Source: a virus
DNA: 64,000 nucleotides
Virus record (IMG/VR): IMGVR_UViG_3300002098_000002
Direction: 5' to 3' (one strand)
Positions 48,014 through 60,029 of this stretch are shown in pieces (position 1 is the stretch's first letter; each line of letters opens with the position of its first letter). The translations under genes were made by a program, and so were the position numbers. The notes under the pieces were generated by a model. That model saw only the letters and a list, made by a program, of their open reading frames with translations. It was not told the DNA's origin and ran no database searches.

Positions 48014-48976
48014 TTAGTTGCTACTACCAGATCCGGGGCCGGGAAAAAACCCGTCCTGAACATTCATACTTGAGATCAACAGATTGTTCTGACTCTTAGC
48101 CAAACTCAAGGTCTTGGCAGCGCCGTCACGGGCAATTTGCCTGTTAACGTAGTCCACCCAGCGGTTCTGCATCGACTGGAAGTTGAAGCCTTTGCGCTCC
48201 CAGAACATCCATTCAATACCAAGCTTGATGGCTTGATCGTCAAGAAGTGGCTGATCGTCATCATTCTCAAAATACTGAGCAAATACAGTGTTGGAACCAT
48301 TAACTGCCACGGCATTGATGCTCAGGTATTCAAAGACGAGCTGCAAGGGTGTGGCAATTTCAAACGGAGGTGGCCAAATACGGAATTGATCCGCATAGGG
48401 GCCAATCTTTCTGAAATGCCTACGTGGGCCAGTATTAATAATGCCGGAGCGGTGCCACTGATCTAGCTGCGGGCTGTCAGGACCAAGCAATTCCCAGAAA
48501 TTGGTACGATCCCACATGGTCCTGTTGTTGAACCAATCAAAGCCTGACGGCATGGGGTAAGTATCTTGGCCAAAAATAATGGTATCCCCTACTACTGGGG
48601 AAGTATTCAACGATTCCATAGAAATCGTTACCTGTGTTGCCGAATCCACGCTGACAATGCGGGCAGCATCAGGGATATTATCGTTTGAAATAGCAAAGAT
48701 ATTCGCAGCAAGCCCGCTTGTGTCAGGGATATTCGTTAGAATATTTGAACTTGGGGCAATATCACAGGTTGTTGTGACAGGGGTATTAACAATAAGATCA
48801 TATTCAAACTGCTGAACAGTCCACCTGTTCATGCGACGCAGTTCGTCCAATACGTTATTCGCCAAATAGTACATTTGCGTCGTGGTGGCATCTGTGTTGC
48901 CAATCACAGACGTGCAAATAGGCAGCCCAAGTTCGCCTTGGGCTGCCTGCACTATCTGAAGGAGAGTAAGGGACAT
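48014..48976 (-). CDS. virion structural protein (adaptor/tail candidate)
   Basis: 320 aa. The N-terminus MSLTLLQIVQAAQGELGLP...QMYYLANNVLDEL resembles adaptor-type proteins I have seen in podoviruses. Assignment from memory only. Confidence 0.55.
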   Translation of the reverse strand: MSLTLLQIVQAAQGELGLPICTSVIGNTDATTTQMYYLANNVLDELRRMNRWTVQQFEYDLIVNTPVTTTCDIAPSSNILTNIPDTSGLAANIFAISNDNIPDAARIVSVDSATQVTISMESLNTSPVVGDTIIFGQDTYPMPSGFDWFNNRTMWDRTNFWELLGPDSPQLDQWHRSGIINTGPRRHFRKIGPYADQFRIWPPPFEIATPLQLVFEYLSINAVAVNGSNTVFAQYFENDDDQPLLDDQAIKLGIEWMFWERKGFNFQSMQNRWVDYVNRQIARDGAAKTLSLAKSQNNLLISSMNVQDGFFPGPGSGSSN

Positions 48977-48989
48977 TTTAGCCCCCTAC

Positions 48990-49352
48990 TTAGGCTGTCA
49001 GGTTAGTAGACCAGTTATTCAACTTGTACTGGATCATAATAACCGCCTTCTTCTGCGCCAGCGTGAACGTGTCATTCTGGACAGTGTTCAAAAACTGACC
49101 TGATGGCACGTAAATAACTGCTGAAGTCGAAGACGAGCAGTAGATGTAATAAGGTGTACCCACCTTAGCCGTAGATGGAAGAGCTGCACCTGTGGCACCA
49201 CCAGCAGCTACCAATTCAGGAATGTGTGAGCGGATAGCAGCCGCCGTACCAAGGGTGGTACCTGCGCAAGTTACTGTCTGTGGGTCATTACCTATCACTG
49301 ACGCCAAAAATGGCGACATGCCAAGGCCGCAAAGATCTGTTGCTGTAGGCAT
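48990..49352 (-). CDS. hypothetical virion-module protein
   Basis: 120 aa with GGAGAG upstream of the ATG. Confidence 0.6.
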   Translation of the reverse strand: MPTATDLCGLGMSPFLASVIGNDPQTVTCAGTTLGTAAAIRSHIPELVAAGGATGAALPSTAKVGTPYYIYCSSSTSAVIYVPSGQFLNTVQNDTFTLAQKKAVIMIQYKLNNWSTNLTA

Positions 49353-49372
49353 TCGTATCTCTCCTTCAGAGA

Positions 49373-50149
49373 TTAGATTTTAGAACGCGAACGCTTTCTT
49401 ACACGCTCTTTAACAATATCTGCTGTGTGATGTACAGCATTGATCTGCGCTGTCTGCGGATCAAATACTGGATCAAGTTGACGGCCAACTGGGTAGGTAG
49501 GGCGTCCCTGTTGTGCAGCAATCAGGGCTTTAACCTGATTAAGGTCTACAGTCTGACCAGCATTTTCACGAAGCTGTGCAACCGTATCTTTCAGTGTTTC
49601 CACCGTTTTTACGAGAGTTGCGATCTGACGATCCTTCTCTTCGCTTTCACGGCGGTACTGTGCCGCGTCAACGCCCTTGGAAGACATCTTTAGGTAGTTG
49701 GCAGCAGCGTTTACATAACGCTGGGAGCCCATACCTACGGACTCAATAGCATTGGCTGAAAGTTCTGCGCATTGCTCAATCGTGTGGACACCGTTTGCCT
49801 TAAGCATTGCCCCAATAGAAGGTTGATCTGGGTAAAGAAGATCAATGGGGGTGCCCTCTGCGGTCTGTTCCTTGTTTTCCTTGAACTGTGCCCACTGCAT
49901 AGGCCAACGGCGCGTATCTGACTGATTGGCAGGGCGTTCAACGATGTTCAAGCGCTCGCCGGGAGGGGCAATACGTACAAAGGTCTGATCTTCATAAATT
50001 GGCCTGCCAGCTTCAGCCGACTTGGCTGGATTGTGCGTTGGGCGTGTGTAGAAGAATACAATCATACTGCGGTCACCACCGCCGTATTCGACCTTGCCTA
50101 CATTTCCGTTCCAGGAAATGTCTGTATGCCTCATAAAGTCGTCACTCAT
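49373..50149 (-). CDS. hypothetical virion-module protein
   Basis: 258 aa with AAAGGAG upstream of the ATG. Confidence 0.6.
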   Translation of the reverse strand: MSDDFMRHTDISWNGNVGKVEYGGGDRSMIVFFYTRPTHNPAKSAEAGRPIYEDQTFVRIAPPGERLNIVERPANQSDTRRWPMQWAQFKENKEQTAEGTPIDLLYPDQPSIGAMLKANGVHTIEQCAELSANAIESVGMGSQRYVNAAANYLKMSSKGVDAAQYRRESEEKDRQIATLVKTVETLKDTVAQLRENAGQTVDLNQVKALIAAQQGRPTYPVGRQLDPVFDPQTAQINAVHHTADIVKERVRKRSRSKI

Positions 50150-50173
50150 AAAACACTCCTTTGGGGGTTAGGC

Positions 50174-50410
50174 TTACCGTCTAGCTGTTGTTCTATTCAT
50201 CCAAGCTTCTAACACACTCATGGGAATAGGTGCAATCTTTGGATCCTTCATTTGGCCTGTAACGTAGGGGGCCGACAAAGGTGTTGGGCCTGTGGCCCCG
50301 CCTGTGGGCTGCATAGGCAACGGCACCACGTCTCCAGCTACCTGTTGACCCTGTGGCCCACGCTGAAGCGCCGCAATCATTGCTAGACGTGGATCAATAG
50401 GGTCCTGCAT
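50174..50410 (-). CDS. small hypothetical protein
   Basis: 78 aa. Starts 1 nt after the TPR-GT gene stop. Confidence 0.5.
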   Translation of the reverse strand: MQDPIDPRLAMIAALQRGPQGQQVAGDVVPLPMQPTGGATGPTPLSAPYVTGQMKDPKIAPIPMSVLEAWMNRTTARR

Positions 50411-51832
50411 TTATGCCGCCTGTGTTTCTGTGTTTTGTTCCACAAACTCATGCAAAGCGTCGGCTAATTGTCCCATGACAGGCGTCCAATCATTGGGGGC
50501 TGTCTGGTTAAACAGGCGTACACTAGGGTACCAAGGCGTATCTGTGCGGTCTTTAAGCCAACGCCAGCAACCATCCCACCTGCTAAGAATCCAAGTAGGC
50601 TTACCTAGGGCTGCTGCAAGGTGCGCCACCGCCGTATCGACAGTGATAACAAGATCGAGTTCTTTAATCAAGGTTGCCGTATCGTAGAAATCGTCCAGAT
50701 CAGGCGTCCAATCGCCAATAGTCATGCCGCGCATTGGCGTGTTAATCTGTTCAGCAGGCGGACCCTTTTGAAGGGATACCCAGCTTACACCCTTGATCGA
50801 AGCAGCGGGGGCGAAACTAGCCAGCGTGGTTGACCTGAGCCTGTCCACATTCTGTGCCTGTGGGTTGTCAGCCCTGCTCATTCCAGCCCAGCAAATACCA
50901 ACCCTAAAACCCGGTGGGAGTTTGGCTAGTTCCGCCTTCCAGTAATCATGACGGTTATCGTCAATGTTGAAATAGGGGCCATTCCACACAGGTTCTTCAA
51001 AGTCATGTGGCTTTGTAAGGGAACCAAGAACACGGGGGATAGACATCATTGAAACAGCGTAATCAACGCCTTCAGGAATCTTCTCCCCAAAAGAAATGAC
51101 CTGATCAATCCCCTTAACCGTCTTGATCAAGCGAACTAGGGGGTTCCGCACTTCCACTATAACATAGCAGTTATAGTGGGCTTTCAAGATAGGGGCGTAG
51201 CGAACAAATTGAAGGGCATCACCAAAACCTTGTTCGGCGTAAACAAGGATGGTTTTTCCATGCAGGGGTTCACCCTTCCACTCAGGGATCTTCAGACCAC
51301 GGGGCTTAAGTTGATCTGACTTCCAGCGCCATTCAAATTCCTTCCAACCTTCTTCAAGTTGGCCGTCCATAAGCAACGCAAAGCTGAGGTTAAGGTGAGC
51401 GTCTACATAATCTGGATTGGCTTCCACGGCTTTGCGGTAATAATCAATGGCCTCTTTAAGTCTGCCGGACCACTTAGAAGTCCGACCCAGATTCATAAGG
51501 GTTTCGGGGAGATTGGGATCGATTTCGATGGCTTTTTTGTACGCTTCAATAGCTTTTTCAGTGCTAATTTCACTGTCAAAAAGAGCAGCGCCCTTATTAT
51601 TGTAGTAACTAGGCTCTTGAGGAGCCAAAGCAATAGCTCTATCAAAATTGAGTATTGCATCGAAATATGCGCCTAGCTGCATAAGGGCCACGCCACGATT
51701 ATTCCAAGCTAGTGGAATATCTTCATTGGCTACTAGGACTTTTGTAAGGATTTCTAGGGATTCCGCTGCCTGACCCTTATTCAGTAAATCAATGGCGCGG
51801 ACGCAATTTTGCTGGATACTTTCAGAACTCAT
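50411..51832 (-). CDS. TPR-repeat protein fused to GT9-like glycosyltransferase domain
   Basis: The N-terminal 150 or so aa carry TPR repeats (AWNNRGVALMQLGAYFDAILNFDRAIALAP..., AIEAYKKAIEIDPN, AIDYYRKAVEANP). The C-terminal part has GKTILVYAEQGFGDALQFVRYAPIL ... LVITVDTAVAHLAAALGKPTWIL, typical of GT9-type GT-B folds. Confidence 0.7.
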   Translation of the reverse strand: MSSESIQQNCVRAIDLLNKGQAAESLEILTKVLVANEDIPLAWNNRGVALMQLGAYFDAILNFDRAIALAPQEPSYYNNKGAALFDSEISTEKAIEAYKKAIEIDPNLPETLMNLGRTSKWSGRLKEAIDYYRKAVEANPDYVDAHLNLSFALLMDGQLEEGWKEFEWRWKSDQLKPRGLKIPEWKGEPLHGKTILVYAEQGFGDALQFVRYAPILKAHYNCYVIVEVRNPLVRLIKTVKGIDQVISFGEKIPEGVDYAVSMMSIPRVLGSLTKPHDFEEPVWNGPYFNIDDNRHDYWKAELAKLPPGFRVGICWAGMSRADNPQAQNVDRLRSTTLASFAPAASIKGVSWVSLQKGPPAEQINTPMRGMTIGDWTPDLDDFYDTATLIKELDLVITVDTAVAHLAAALGKPTWILSRWDGCWRWLKDRTDTPWYPSVRLFNQTAPNDWTPVMGQLADALHEFVEQNTETQAA

Positions 51833-51855
51833 AACTTCGTCCTTGTTACAGGGTT

Positions 51856-51897
51856 ACACAAAAACCCCTACGCCAAATTGGATTTTGGCGTAGGGGG
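51856..51897 (-). terminator. rho-independent terminator after the 194-aa gene
   Basis: 13-bp stem CCCCTACGCCAAA/TTTGGCGTAGGGG (51865-51896), followed on the minus strand by TTTTTGTGT. Confidence 0.8.
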
Positions 51898-51905
51898 ATT
51901 TCTTC

Positions 51906-52490
51906 TTAGGCGCTTGAGCCTACAACTGGGTAGTTAAGTACCGCAGTGTTAGGGCCTGCAACCGAACCAGTGGCCTGTGTGATGACAATGCCATTGATCT
52001 GATACGTGGTACCAGCACCACCAGCCGTGGTGCTCACGATACCAAGGGTGGTAGCGCTCGAGTACAGTTGGGCGTTCTTGGTGGTCGAAGCCGCTGACTT
52101 GATGCCTTGGGTGTTACCCGCACGTTGCAGCCAGAAGTATGAACCAGTCTGACTACCCGATGGGGCAGGAACAGCAAGGCTGCCGTTAGCACCGCTAACA
52201 ACACCAACAAGCTGCCCAACAGGGGCAGAAGCGGCAGCGATGGTAGAGCCGCCGATTGCGGCTACTGACCAAGAACCCGGCACTGCTGACACAACGACAA
52301 CAGAACCAGCCGCAAGGGTTACGCTTGCGGTGCAGTAAACGAACTCAGAACCATCCGTGCCCCAAGCAAGTTCGCCGGGAAGGAACGGAGGAGCTGGGTA
52401 CTCAGGGTATTGCGCCACGTTCAGGAGGAAGACATTGTTAATGTCGATGCCTTCCTGCGTTGTGGTACTATAAATTGCTGCGGCCATCAT
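51906..52490 (-). CDS. abundant virion protein candidate (Ser/Thr/Ala/Gly-rich)
   Basis: 194 aa with AAAGGAGG upstream of the ATG, followed by a strong terminator. Beta-rich composition. Confidence 0.6.
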   Translation of the reverse strand: MMAAAIYSTTTQEGIDINNVFLLNVAQYPEYPAPPFLPGELAWGTDGSEFVYCTASVTLAAGSVVVVSAVPGSWSVAAIGGSTIAAASAPVGQLVGVVSGANGSLAVPAPSGSQTGSYFWLQRAGNTQGIKSAASTTKNAQLYSSATTLGIVSTTAGGAGTTYQINGIVITQATGSVAGPNTAVLNYPVVGSSA

Positions 52491-52583
52491 GGCCTCCTTT
52501 GTTTAAGAAGAAGTTTAGTCACTTAAGGGGCCACATGGATTGGTTTCCATGAGAAACTTTAGAAAGCCTGTGTTTTCGTTATC

Positions 52584-52895
52584 TTACACAAGCAGTAGAC
52601 AAGCTTTATAGACAAGATTTGCTGATGCAAAAACCTGTCCAATCCTATTCTTAAGGAAGTTTAGCTCTTTTGTCGATAAGGTGATTGGCTTGTTAGCCTG
52701 AATAGATACACCAATCTTATCAACAAGCTTACCTCGTTCCAATTTTACTTCCAAGGCTTCACCCTTATCAGTGTCAAGAACCGAATCAAGCGCTACGAGC
52801 GCCATGCGCCCCAACGTAAGCGGTGGCCCATCCTTTTCAGCAATAGTCTGACCACTGATATCGAGCATAAGCGTATCGAACTTAACTTTAGACAT
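52584..52895 (-). CDS. hypothetical protein
   Basis: 103 aa with TGGAGAT upstream of the ATG. Confidence 0.55.
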   Translation of the reverse strand: MSKVKFDTLMLDISGQTIAEKDGPPLTLGRMALVALDSVLDTDKGEALEVKLERGKLVDKIGVSIQANKPITLSTKELNFLKNRIGQVFASANLVYKACLLLV

Positions 52896-52969
52896 ACTTT
52901 TATCTCCATTTTACTTAAATAGCGGGTTTGTTTTTCTAAACAGAATAACAGGTTAAGATCAACTAAATC

Positions 52970-55473
<2,504 letters not shown>

Positions 55474-55483
<10 letters not shown>

Positions 55484-55806
55484 TGTGCCACACCGAGGTT
55501 GACGGAACCGCTAGTATAAGCGGTCACTTTCAAACGGACCCCGGTTACTGGATAAGCAATGTTGCTGTTAGCACTGGCTGTAAGGCCAGTTAGAATATCA
55601 TGGTCATTCCAATTGCCAGTAGCGCTGGGGATTTGATCCGCAGTTACTTGCACTGAATAGGTCAGGCTTCCACCTGATGAAACTGTGACGATGAGGCCAA
55701 GGGCATAAGCAGGCGCTGCCTGCCACAACATATTCTGTGGTGGGCTGACTTTAATAGGTGTTGCTGAACCTACAGCGCTCAGTGATGAAGAAGCATATGC
55801 GCTCAT
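55474..55806 (-). CDS. hypothetical virion-module protein
   Basis: 110 aa, beta-rich, overlapping neighbours by a few nt. Confidence 0.55.
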
Positions 55807-56336
55807 TACGAAGCCCTTATTCTTTCACGCTTCCAAACCCTTGAGGCATATTCAGGGCTGTCTTCTTTATCGATTTCAGCCTGTGCTACTTGTGCGCTGT
55901 CGATCTTCATAGCAGTACCAAGCCTGATGCTCAACGATCGGACTTGTGCTTGGAGCAAATTAACTTGTTCTGTCGAACTTTCAATCTTTTTCTCAGCGAC
56001 AGCCAAGAGCTCTTCAGCCGCAGCAAGTTTCTCAGCAGCTTGCTCTTCCTTTATTGCAAGCGCCTTAACGCGGGCATCAATCTTGGCTTGTTGTGTTTTG
56101 AAATCTTTTGCGTCAGTGAAGAACTTGGTTTGATTAACAATCACTTCGGCATTTTCAAAGGTCTGTGCCGCTTCAAGCAGCATGGCTGGAAAACATTCGT
56201 CACAAGCGTGAATGTTTGGGCCAATTTCACCGTCTTTAGACAGCCTTATATCCAATCCAACCAGATCAAATTTCCTTGAACCTGCTGTAGCTGGATTGCA
56301 CGGGTTGTCACAGCGATCACAAAACGCTTTTAACAT
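55806..56336 (-). CDS. coiled-coil protein with CxxC pairs
   Basis: 176 aa. CDRCDNPC and CDEC near the N-terminus, then a long helical region. Confidence 0.55.
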   Translation of the reverse strand: MLKAFCDRCDNPCNPATAGSRKFDLVGLDIRLSKDGEIGPNIHACDECFPAMLLEAAQTFENAEVIVNQTKFFTDAKDFKTQQAKIDARVKALAIKEEQAAEKLAAAEELLAVAEKKIESSTEQVNLLQAQVRSLSIRLGTAMKIDSAQVAQAEIDKEDSPEYASRVWKRERIRAS

Positions 56337-56345
56337 ACACAGACC

Positions 56346-56669
56346 TCAAATCCCGTTACCGGGGGTAAAGTACACAATAGGGGTACCTGCACCGCAAATA
56401 GCGGCTACATGTGTGACCAGATCACCTATAGAAACAATTATGGATTCGCCGGGGCCTACAGGGAATGAACCACCCGTAGCGCCACTAGGGACAGTAGCAA
56501 CAATTGTAGAAGCACCAAAAGCCACAAAGGCTGTGTTGGTAGCATCAACGTTCTTAATTCGAACTGTTGTAGCGTGTTTTGGGACGAGGGCCACGTTGGC
56601 TGTAGTAACAGCACTGGTAATGCTGACAGTAGCCTGTGTGTTTGGACTAAAAGGTTGAGCAGCGGGCAT
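56346..56669 (-). CDS. hypothetical small beta-rich virion-module protein
   Basis: 107 aa with GGGAATAACGG upstream of the ATG. Confidence 0.55.
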   Translation of the reverse strand: MPAAQPFSPNTQATVSITSAVTTANVALVPKHATTVRIKNVDATNTAFVAFGASTIVATVPSGATGGSFPVGPGESIIVSIGDLVTHVAAICGAGTPIVYFTPGNGI

Positions 56670-56712
56670 CCGTTATTCCCTTTTTAGGGCGAACTCAGGG
56701 TCAAGTTTAGCT

Positions 56713-57426
56713 CTAAACAATCTGTTCCTGATTGTCGATACAGGTAATCTTTTGTTCAGATTTTCTCTTCTTTAGAAGAGCTGCTTTCTTATTAGCTAGT
56801 GCTAATTGGGCCAAGCCGCGTGCTCTATATTCAGGATCTAACCATCTTTCTTTAGCCCTAACCCTTCTTTTCTCAATAACTTCTGGATCCATATTCATCA
56901 AAGCAAAACTTTTTCGATATTCATCACGCCGGGCGTCAGCTTCAGGCCTAGTCCAAGCTTCTTTAACTTTCGAACTAATGACTTTAGAATTTCTCTTTTT
57001 GCCTTCTGTGGCCTTTGCCTGAAATTCAGGGGAAGACATATGCTTAACCCTCTCAGCACGTTGCGCTGGGCTAAGGTTTTGCCAATAAGATTTATGCGCT
57101 TCCTGCATCCGTACACTTGGTGTGCGTTGTGCTACTGGAAAAGCACAATTAAATCCAAATTCAGCTTCTGAAGCTTTGGTTTTAAGGATCCAATCCTGCT
57201 CTACCCTTTTAAGAAATTCTTCAGGGCAGGCTTGAATTACTTTTTTCTCAAAAGCACCAGCTCCATACTTATCCCAAGCGGATTGAAGATGCCTGTTGCC
57301 ATGCTTGCCTTTTCGCAATGCTCTGAAATGATCTTGCAGCCGGGTTTTGCAATCAATCGAAGAGCCGATGTATATCTTCCCAGAAATGGTACAACGTATT
57401 TCATAAATACCAGATATTTTAGTCAT
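56713..57426 (-). CDS. GIY-YIG homing endonuclease
   Basis: SGIYEIRCTISGKIYIGSS...R...H...GKHGNRHLQSAW is the GIY-YIG catalytic domain. The start was taken at the internal ATG (MTKISGIY) just after the capsid-gene hairpin. Confidence 0.8.
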   Translation of the reverse strand: MTKISGIYEIRCTISGKIYIGSSIDCKTRLQDHFRALRKGKHGNRHLQSAWDKYGAGAFEKKVIQACPEEFLKRVEQDWILKTKASEAEFGFNCAFPVAQRTPSVRMQEAHKSYWQNLSPAQRAERVKHMSSPEFQAKATEGKKRNSKVISSKVKEAWTRPEADARRDEYRKSFALMNMDPEVIEKRRVRAKERWLDPEYRARGLAQLALANKKAALLKKRKSEQKITCIDNQEQIV

Positions 57427-57433
57427 AAAGACT

Positions 57434-57477
57434 CCTACGGCGCAGAACCGGTTTTTAGCCGAAAACTGCGCCGTAGG
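57434..57477 (-). terminator. strong hairpin downstream of the major capsid gene (terminator/attenuator)
   Basis: 12-bp stem CCTACGGCGCAG/CTGCGCCGTAGG with a 20-nt loop. The T tract after it on the minus strand is short (AGTCTTTATG). Confidence 0.5.
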
Positions 57478-57508
57478 CAATTTAACTTTGGGTTGTAATC
57501 TTGGTAGA

Positions 57509-58540
57509 TTACGCGCCGAGATAGCCTTGCAGAAACGAGTTCGAGACTGTCATGTTCCCGGCCCAGCCAATGAGGCGTACCATTGCATCTTGGTTAACTG
57601 AGAACCTGTCGGGGTCTAACGGCACCATGTTTCTTCGGCTGTGTGGCCTCCAATGTAGATATTTTGTATTCAACATGTACATCGTCGTAGATGGAATGCC
57701 ACCCAAGCCACTGGTGCTGCTGCTGGTCTGCGGAGGCAGCGGATCACTGCTGAAGCCTTGGAAGCCACCGTCAAGCACGACGTCGGCGTTCAGGTACTTC
57801 AGCGACTGGAATCCAGCCTCAGCCATATCAGGGGCAGCGTTCTCGGTCTGAATACGCTGAATAGCCTGTAGGGCGTTCAGGTAATACTTATACATCACGT
57901 TATCCGCGATGATCAGATCCGGGAAGTCACGGCCACGGATCAGCTTCACCCACAGCGAGTCCATTTGCTGAAGGATGGTAGCTGAACTGAGAACCGCGTT
58001 ACCGTCAGTAGCAGCCGACCACGTCTGGTTCTGCCAGAAGGTCCACTGCGAACGGTCAATACCACCAACCGTGCCGGTCGAAGGCGAAGCAGCAACAAGG
58101 AGCTGCAAGCCACCAATCGAGTTGGTTACGGTACCGTCACCATAGATGCCCTGTGAAAGGCCGTTCATGAACGTGTCTTCCGCGTTCATAATGCGGCTTT
58201 CAAGCAAGTCGATGATGGCTTCCTCACCTGAGTTCTGGAGCTCTTCCAGACCAGAGATAGAAACGGCCACAGCCGACTGGCGGATTGGGAATTCCGCCGC
58301 CGTGAACACTTGGCTAGGCGCAATGTTCAGGGTCTGGTAACCAGAGTACCATTGATAGGTCTGGTTATCAGCGTAGTTCAGTTCTTGAACGATGGTACGA
58401 CCACCGCTGAATGTCTTGAGATTGCCCTTACGAGTCAAGCGCAGCAGCGTGGCGTTGTTGCGGGTCATGTTGTCCGCAAGTTCACCGGTACGGTTGCGCA
58501 GAGTCGTGGTGACAATTTCCGACAGATTTGGAAATGCCAT
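57509..58540 (-). CDS. major capsid protein
   Basis: 343 aa located directly after the scaffold-like gene and downstream of the portal. AAAGGAG precedes the ATG. It has a long structured 5' UTR and a 3' hairpin. The N-terminus MAFPNLSEIVTTTLRNRTGELADNMTRNNATLLRL resembles podoviral capsid proteins as I recall them. Confidence 0.7.
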   Translation of the reverse strand: MAFPNLSEIVTTTLRNRTGELADNMTRNNATLLRLTRKGNLKTFSGGRTIVQELNYADNQTYQWYSGYQTLNIAPSQVFTAAEFPIRQSAVAVSISGLEELQNSGEEAIIDLLESRIMNAEDTFMNGLSQGIYGDGTVTNSIGGLQLLVAASPSTGTVGGIDRSQWTFWQNQTWSAATDGNAVLSSATILQQMDSLWVKLIRGRDFPDLIIADNVMYKYYLNALQAIQRIQTENAAPDMAEAGFQSLKYLNADVVLDGGFQGFSSDPLPPQTSSSTSGLGGIPSTTMYMLNTKYLHWRPHSRRNMVPLDPDRFSVNQDAMVRLIGWAGNMTVSNSFLQGYLGA

Positions 58541-58769
58541 AACTGGCTCCTTTAGAATGAAAGAAGAACGAATTCAGTTAATGACACCGCCTATCGCTGC
58601 CGGGGATGAAACCGTTGTCGGTTTCTGGGGCACGTTTTGGCGCTCGTATCACTTCTACTCTTAGAAGGATACGGTAGAGTGCTTGTAGACACTCTACCGT
58701 TAAGGTCTTGCGGGACTTTTGTGGAAGCCCGAATTCTACTCTTACGAGTAGAGGAACTTTAGATGCGCG
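58541..58769 (-). promoter_or_regulatory. 229-nt structured leader of the capsid gene
   Basis: Four stable hairpins, in plus-strand coordinates: 58608-58625 GAAACCG-TTGT-CGGTTTC; 58652-58667 CTTCTA-CTCT-TAGAAG; 58671-58700 with an 11-bp stem; 58735-58752 TCTACTC-TTAC-GAGTAGA. The 11-mer TTCTACTCTTA occurs twice (58653-58663 and 58734-58744). Confidence 0.45.
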
Positions 58770-59981
58770 TCAAGACGAAAGTTCTTCTCTCGCTGCCATC
58801 AGGGACTCACGAACAGACATGCCCTTGCCTTTTGGCTTGGCAGTAGCAGCAGCACCGCTACCCGGCGCAGAAGGTGAAAGGCTTCCAGCAGCCCTACGGG
58901 ACTTCTCAGCCTGCGCCTGTTGGGCAGCCTTCTCAGCCTTTGCCTTGGCAACAGCTTCAGCCTGTGCGGACTTCTGTTGTGCTTCCAACATTTGCTGACG
59001 TACTTCCGGGTTGGCAAACACTGCCATATCGTAAGCACGGTCCAAATCCACATTACCGTTATTCAACGGTACCGCGCCGCTCGCAATGAACTGAGCCATC
59101 AAGCCACGGACAGCTTCAAAGTGAGGCTTATCCTTGGACCAGTTGGCGAGGATCTGGTGAGTCTTTTCCTCAGACTGTTGCTGGAACGTCTGCTCCAAAC
59201 CGCCAATCTTTTGCTGCAACGCCTGCTCCAAACCACCCAGCTTCTGTTGCATTTCAACAAACAGCTTTTGTGCAGCCGGTGGAAGATCATCAACAACAGC
59301 ATTTCCAGTTTGATCTTGCGCTGGGGCCTGCGCCTGTTGCTGACCTTCAACAAAGGAATTGATATCCTGACCAAAGCTCTTGGCTAGGGCTGGGAAAGCA
59401 ACCTTTGGGTTGACTGACAGTGCTTGGAACCAAGCGAACAACTGCTCAACAGCCTTTGCAGGGCTGTTTCCAGTACGCCTGATTGCTTCCATATGCGGGG
59501 CAATTGCTGCGTCAAAACCAGCATACTTCTGCTTGATTTCCTCAACGCCCTTTGCCGAATCAGCAAGGCGCTTGGTAACAGCAGCAGCTACGACTGGGGG
59601 TACCTTAGCCCACTCAGACTTGGCTTCCTTGGAAAGGCCCTCAGGGGCAGCAATAGCCTGTTCAGGGGTTCCTGTTTCAGCGAGTTCAGTGCCTTCCTGA
59701 GCTTCCTCAGTAGTTGCCTCAACCTCTTCATCAACAGCAGCACCACCAGCTACACGGCGCGGGGTCTTTTCACGTTCCTTGGCAGCCTTTTCGTCGCGAG
59801 CTTGAGAGCCCTTACGATCGGATTCAAAATTTGTTTCGAGCTGCTTGCGTAGTGCGGATCTGCCAGATCCGGGGCCACCTTCATCAATTACTGGCGGCGG
59901 TGCTGTCTCAGTACCGGTATCTACACCAGCTTCGTTTTCAGGGGCGAACAAAGGCTTCAGGAACAAACGATCAATAAGCAT
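58770..59981 (-). CDS. scaffolding protein
   Basis: 403 aa, Ala/Glu/Gln/Lys-rich and helical. Internal repeat QQKLGGLEQALQQKIGGLEQTFQQ. Located between the portal and capsid genes. Confidence 0.65.
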   Translation of the reverse strand: MLIDRLFLKPLFAPENEAGVDTGTETAPPPVIDEGGPGSGRSALRKQLETNFESDRKGSQARDEKAAKEREKTPRRVAGGAAVDEEVEATTEEAQEGTELAETGTPEQAIAAPEGLSKEAKSEWAKVPPVVAAAVTKRLADSAKGVEEIKQKYAGFDAAIAPHMEAIRRTGNSPAKAVEQLFAWFQALSVNPKVAFPALAKSFGQDINSFVEGQQQAQAPAQDQTGNAVVDDLPPAAQKLFVEMQQKLGGLEQALQQKIGGLEQTFQQQSEEKTHQILANWSKDKPHFEAVRGLMAQFIASGAVPLNNGNVDLDRAYDMAVFANPEVRQQMLEAQQKSAQAEAVAKAKAEKAAQQAQAEKSRRAAGSLSPSAPGSGAAATAKPKGKGMSVRESLMAAREELSS

Positions 59982-60029
59982 ACAAACTCTCCATGGTTCA
60001 GGCGGGTTGTCCGGCCTGTAAGCGAACTG

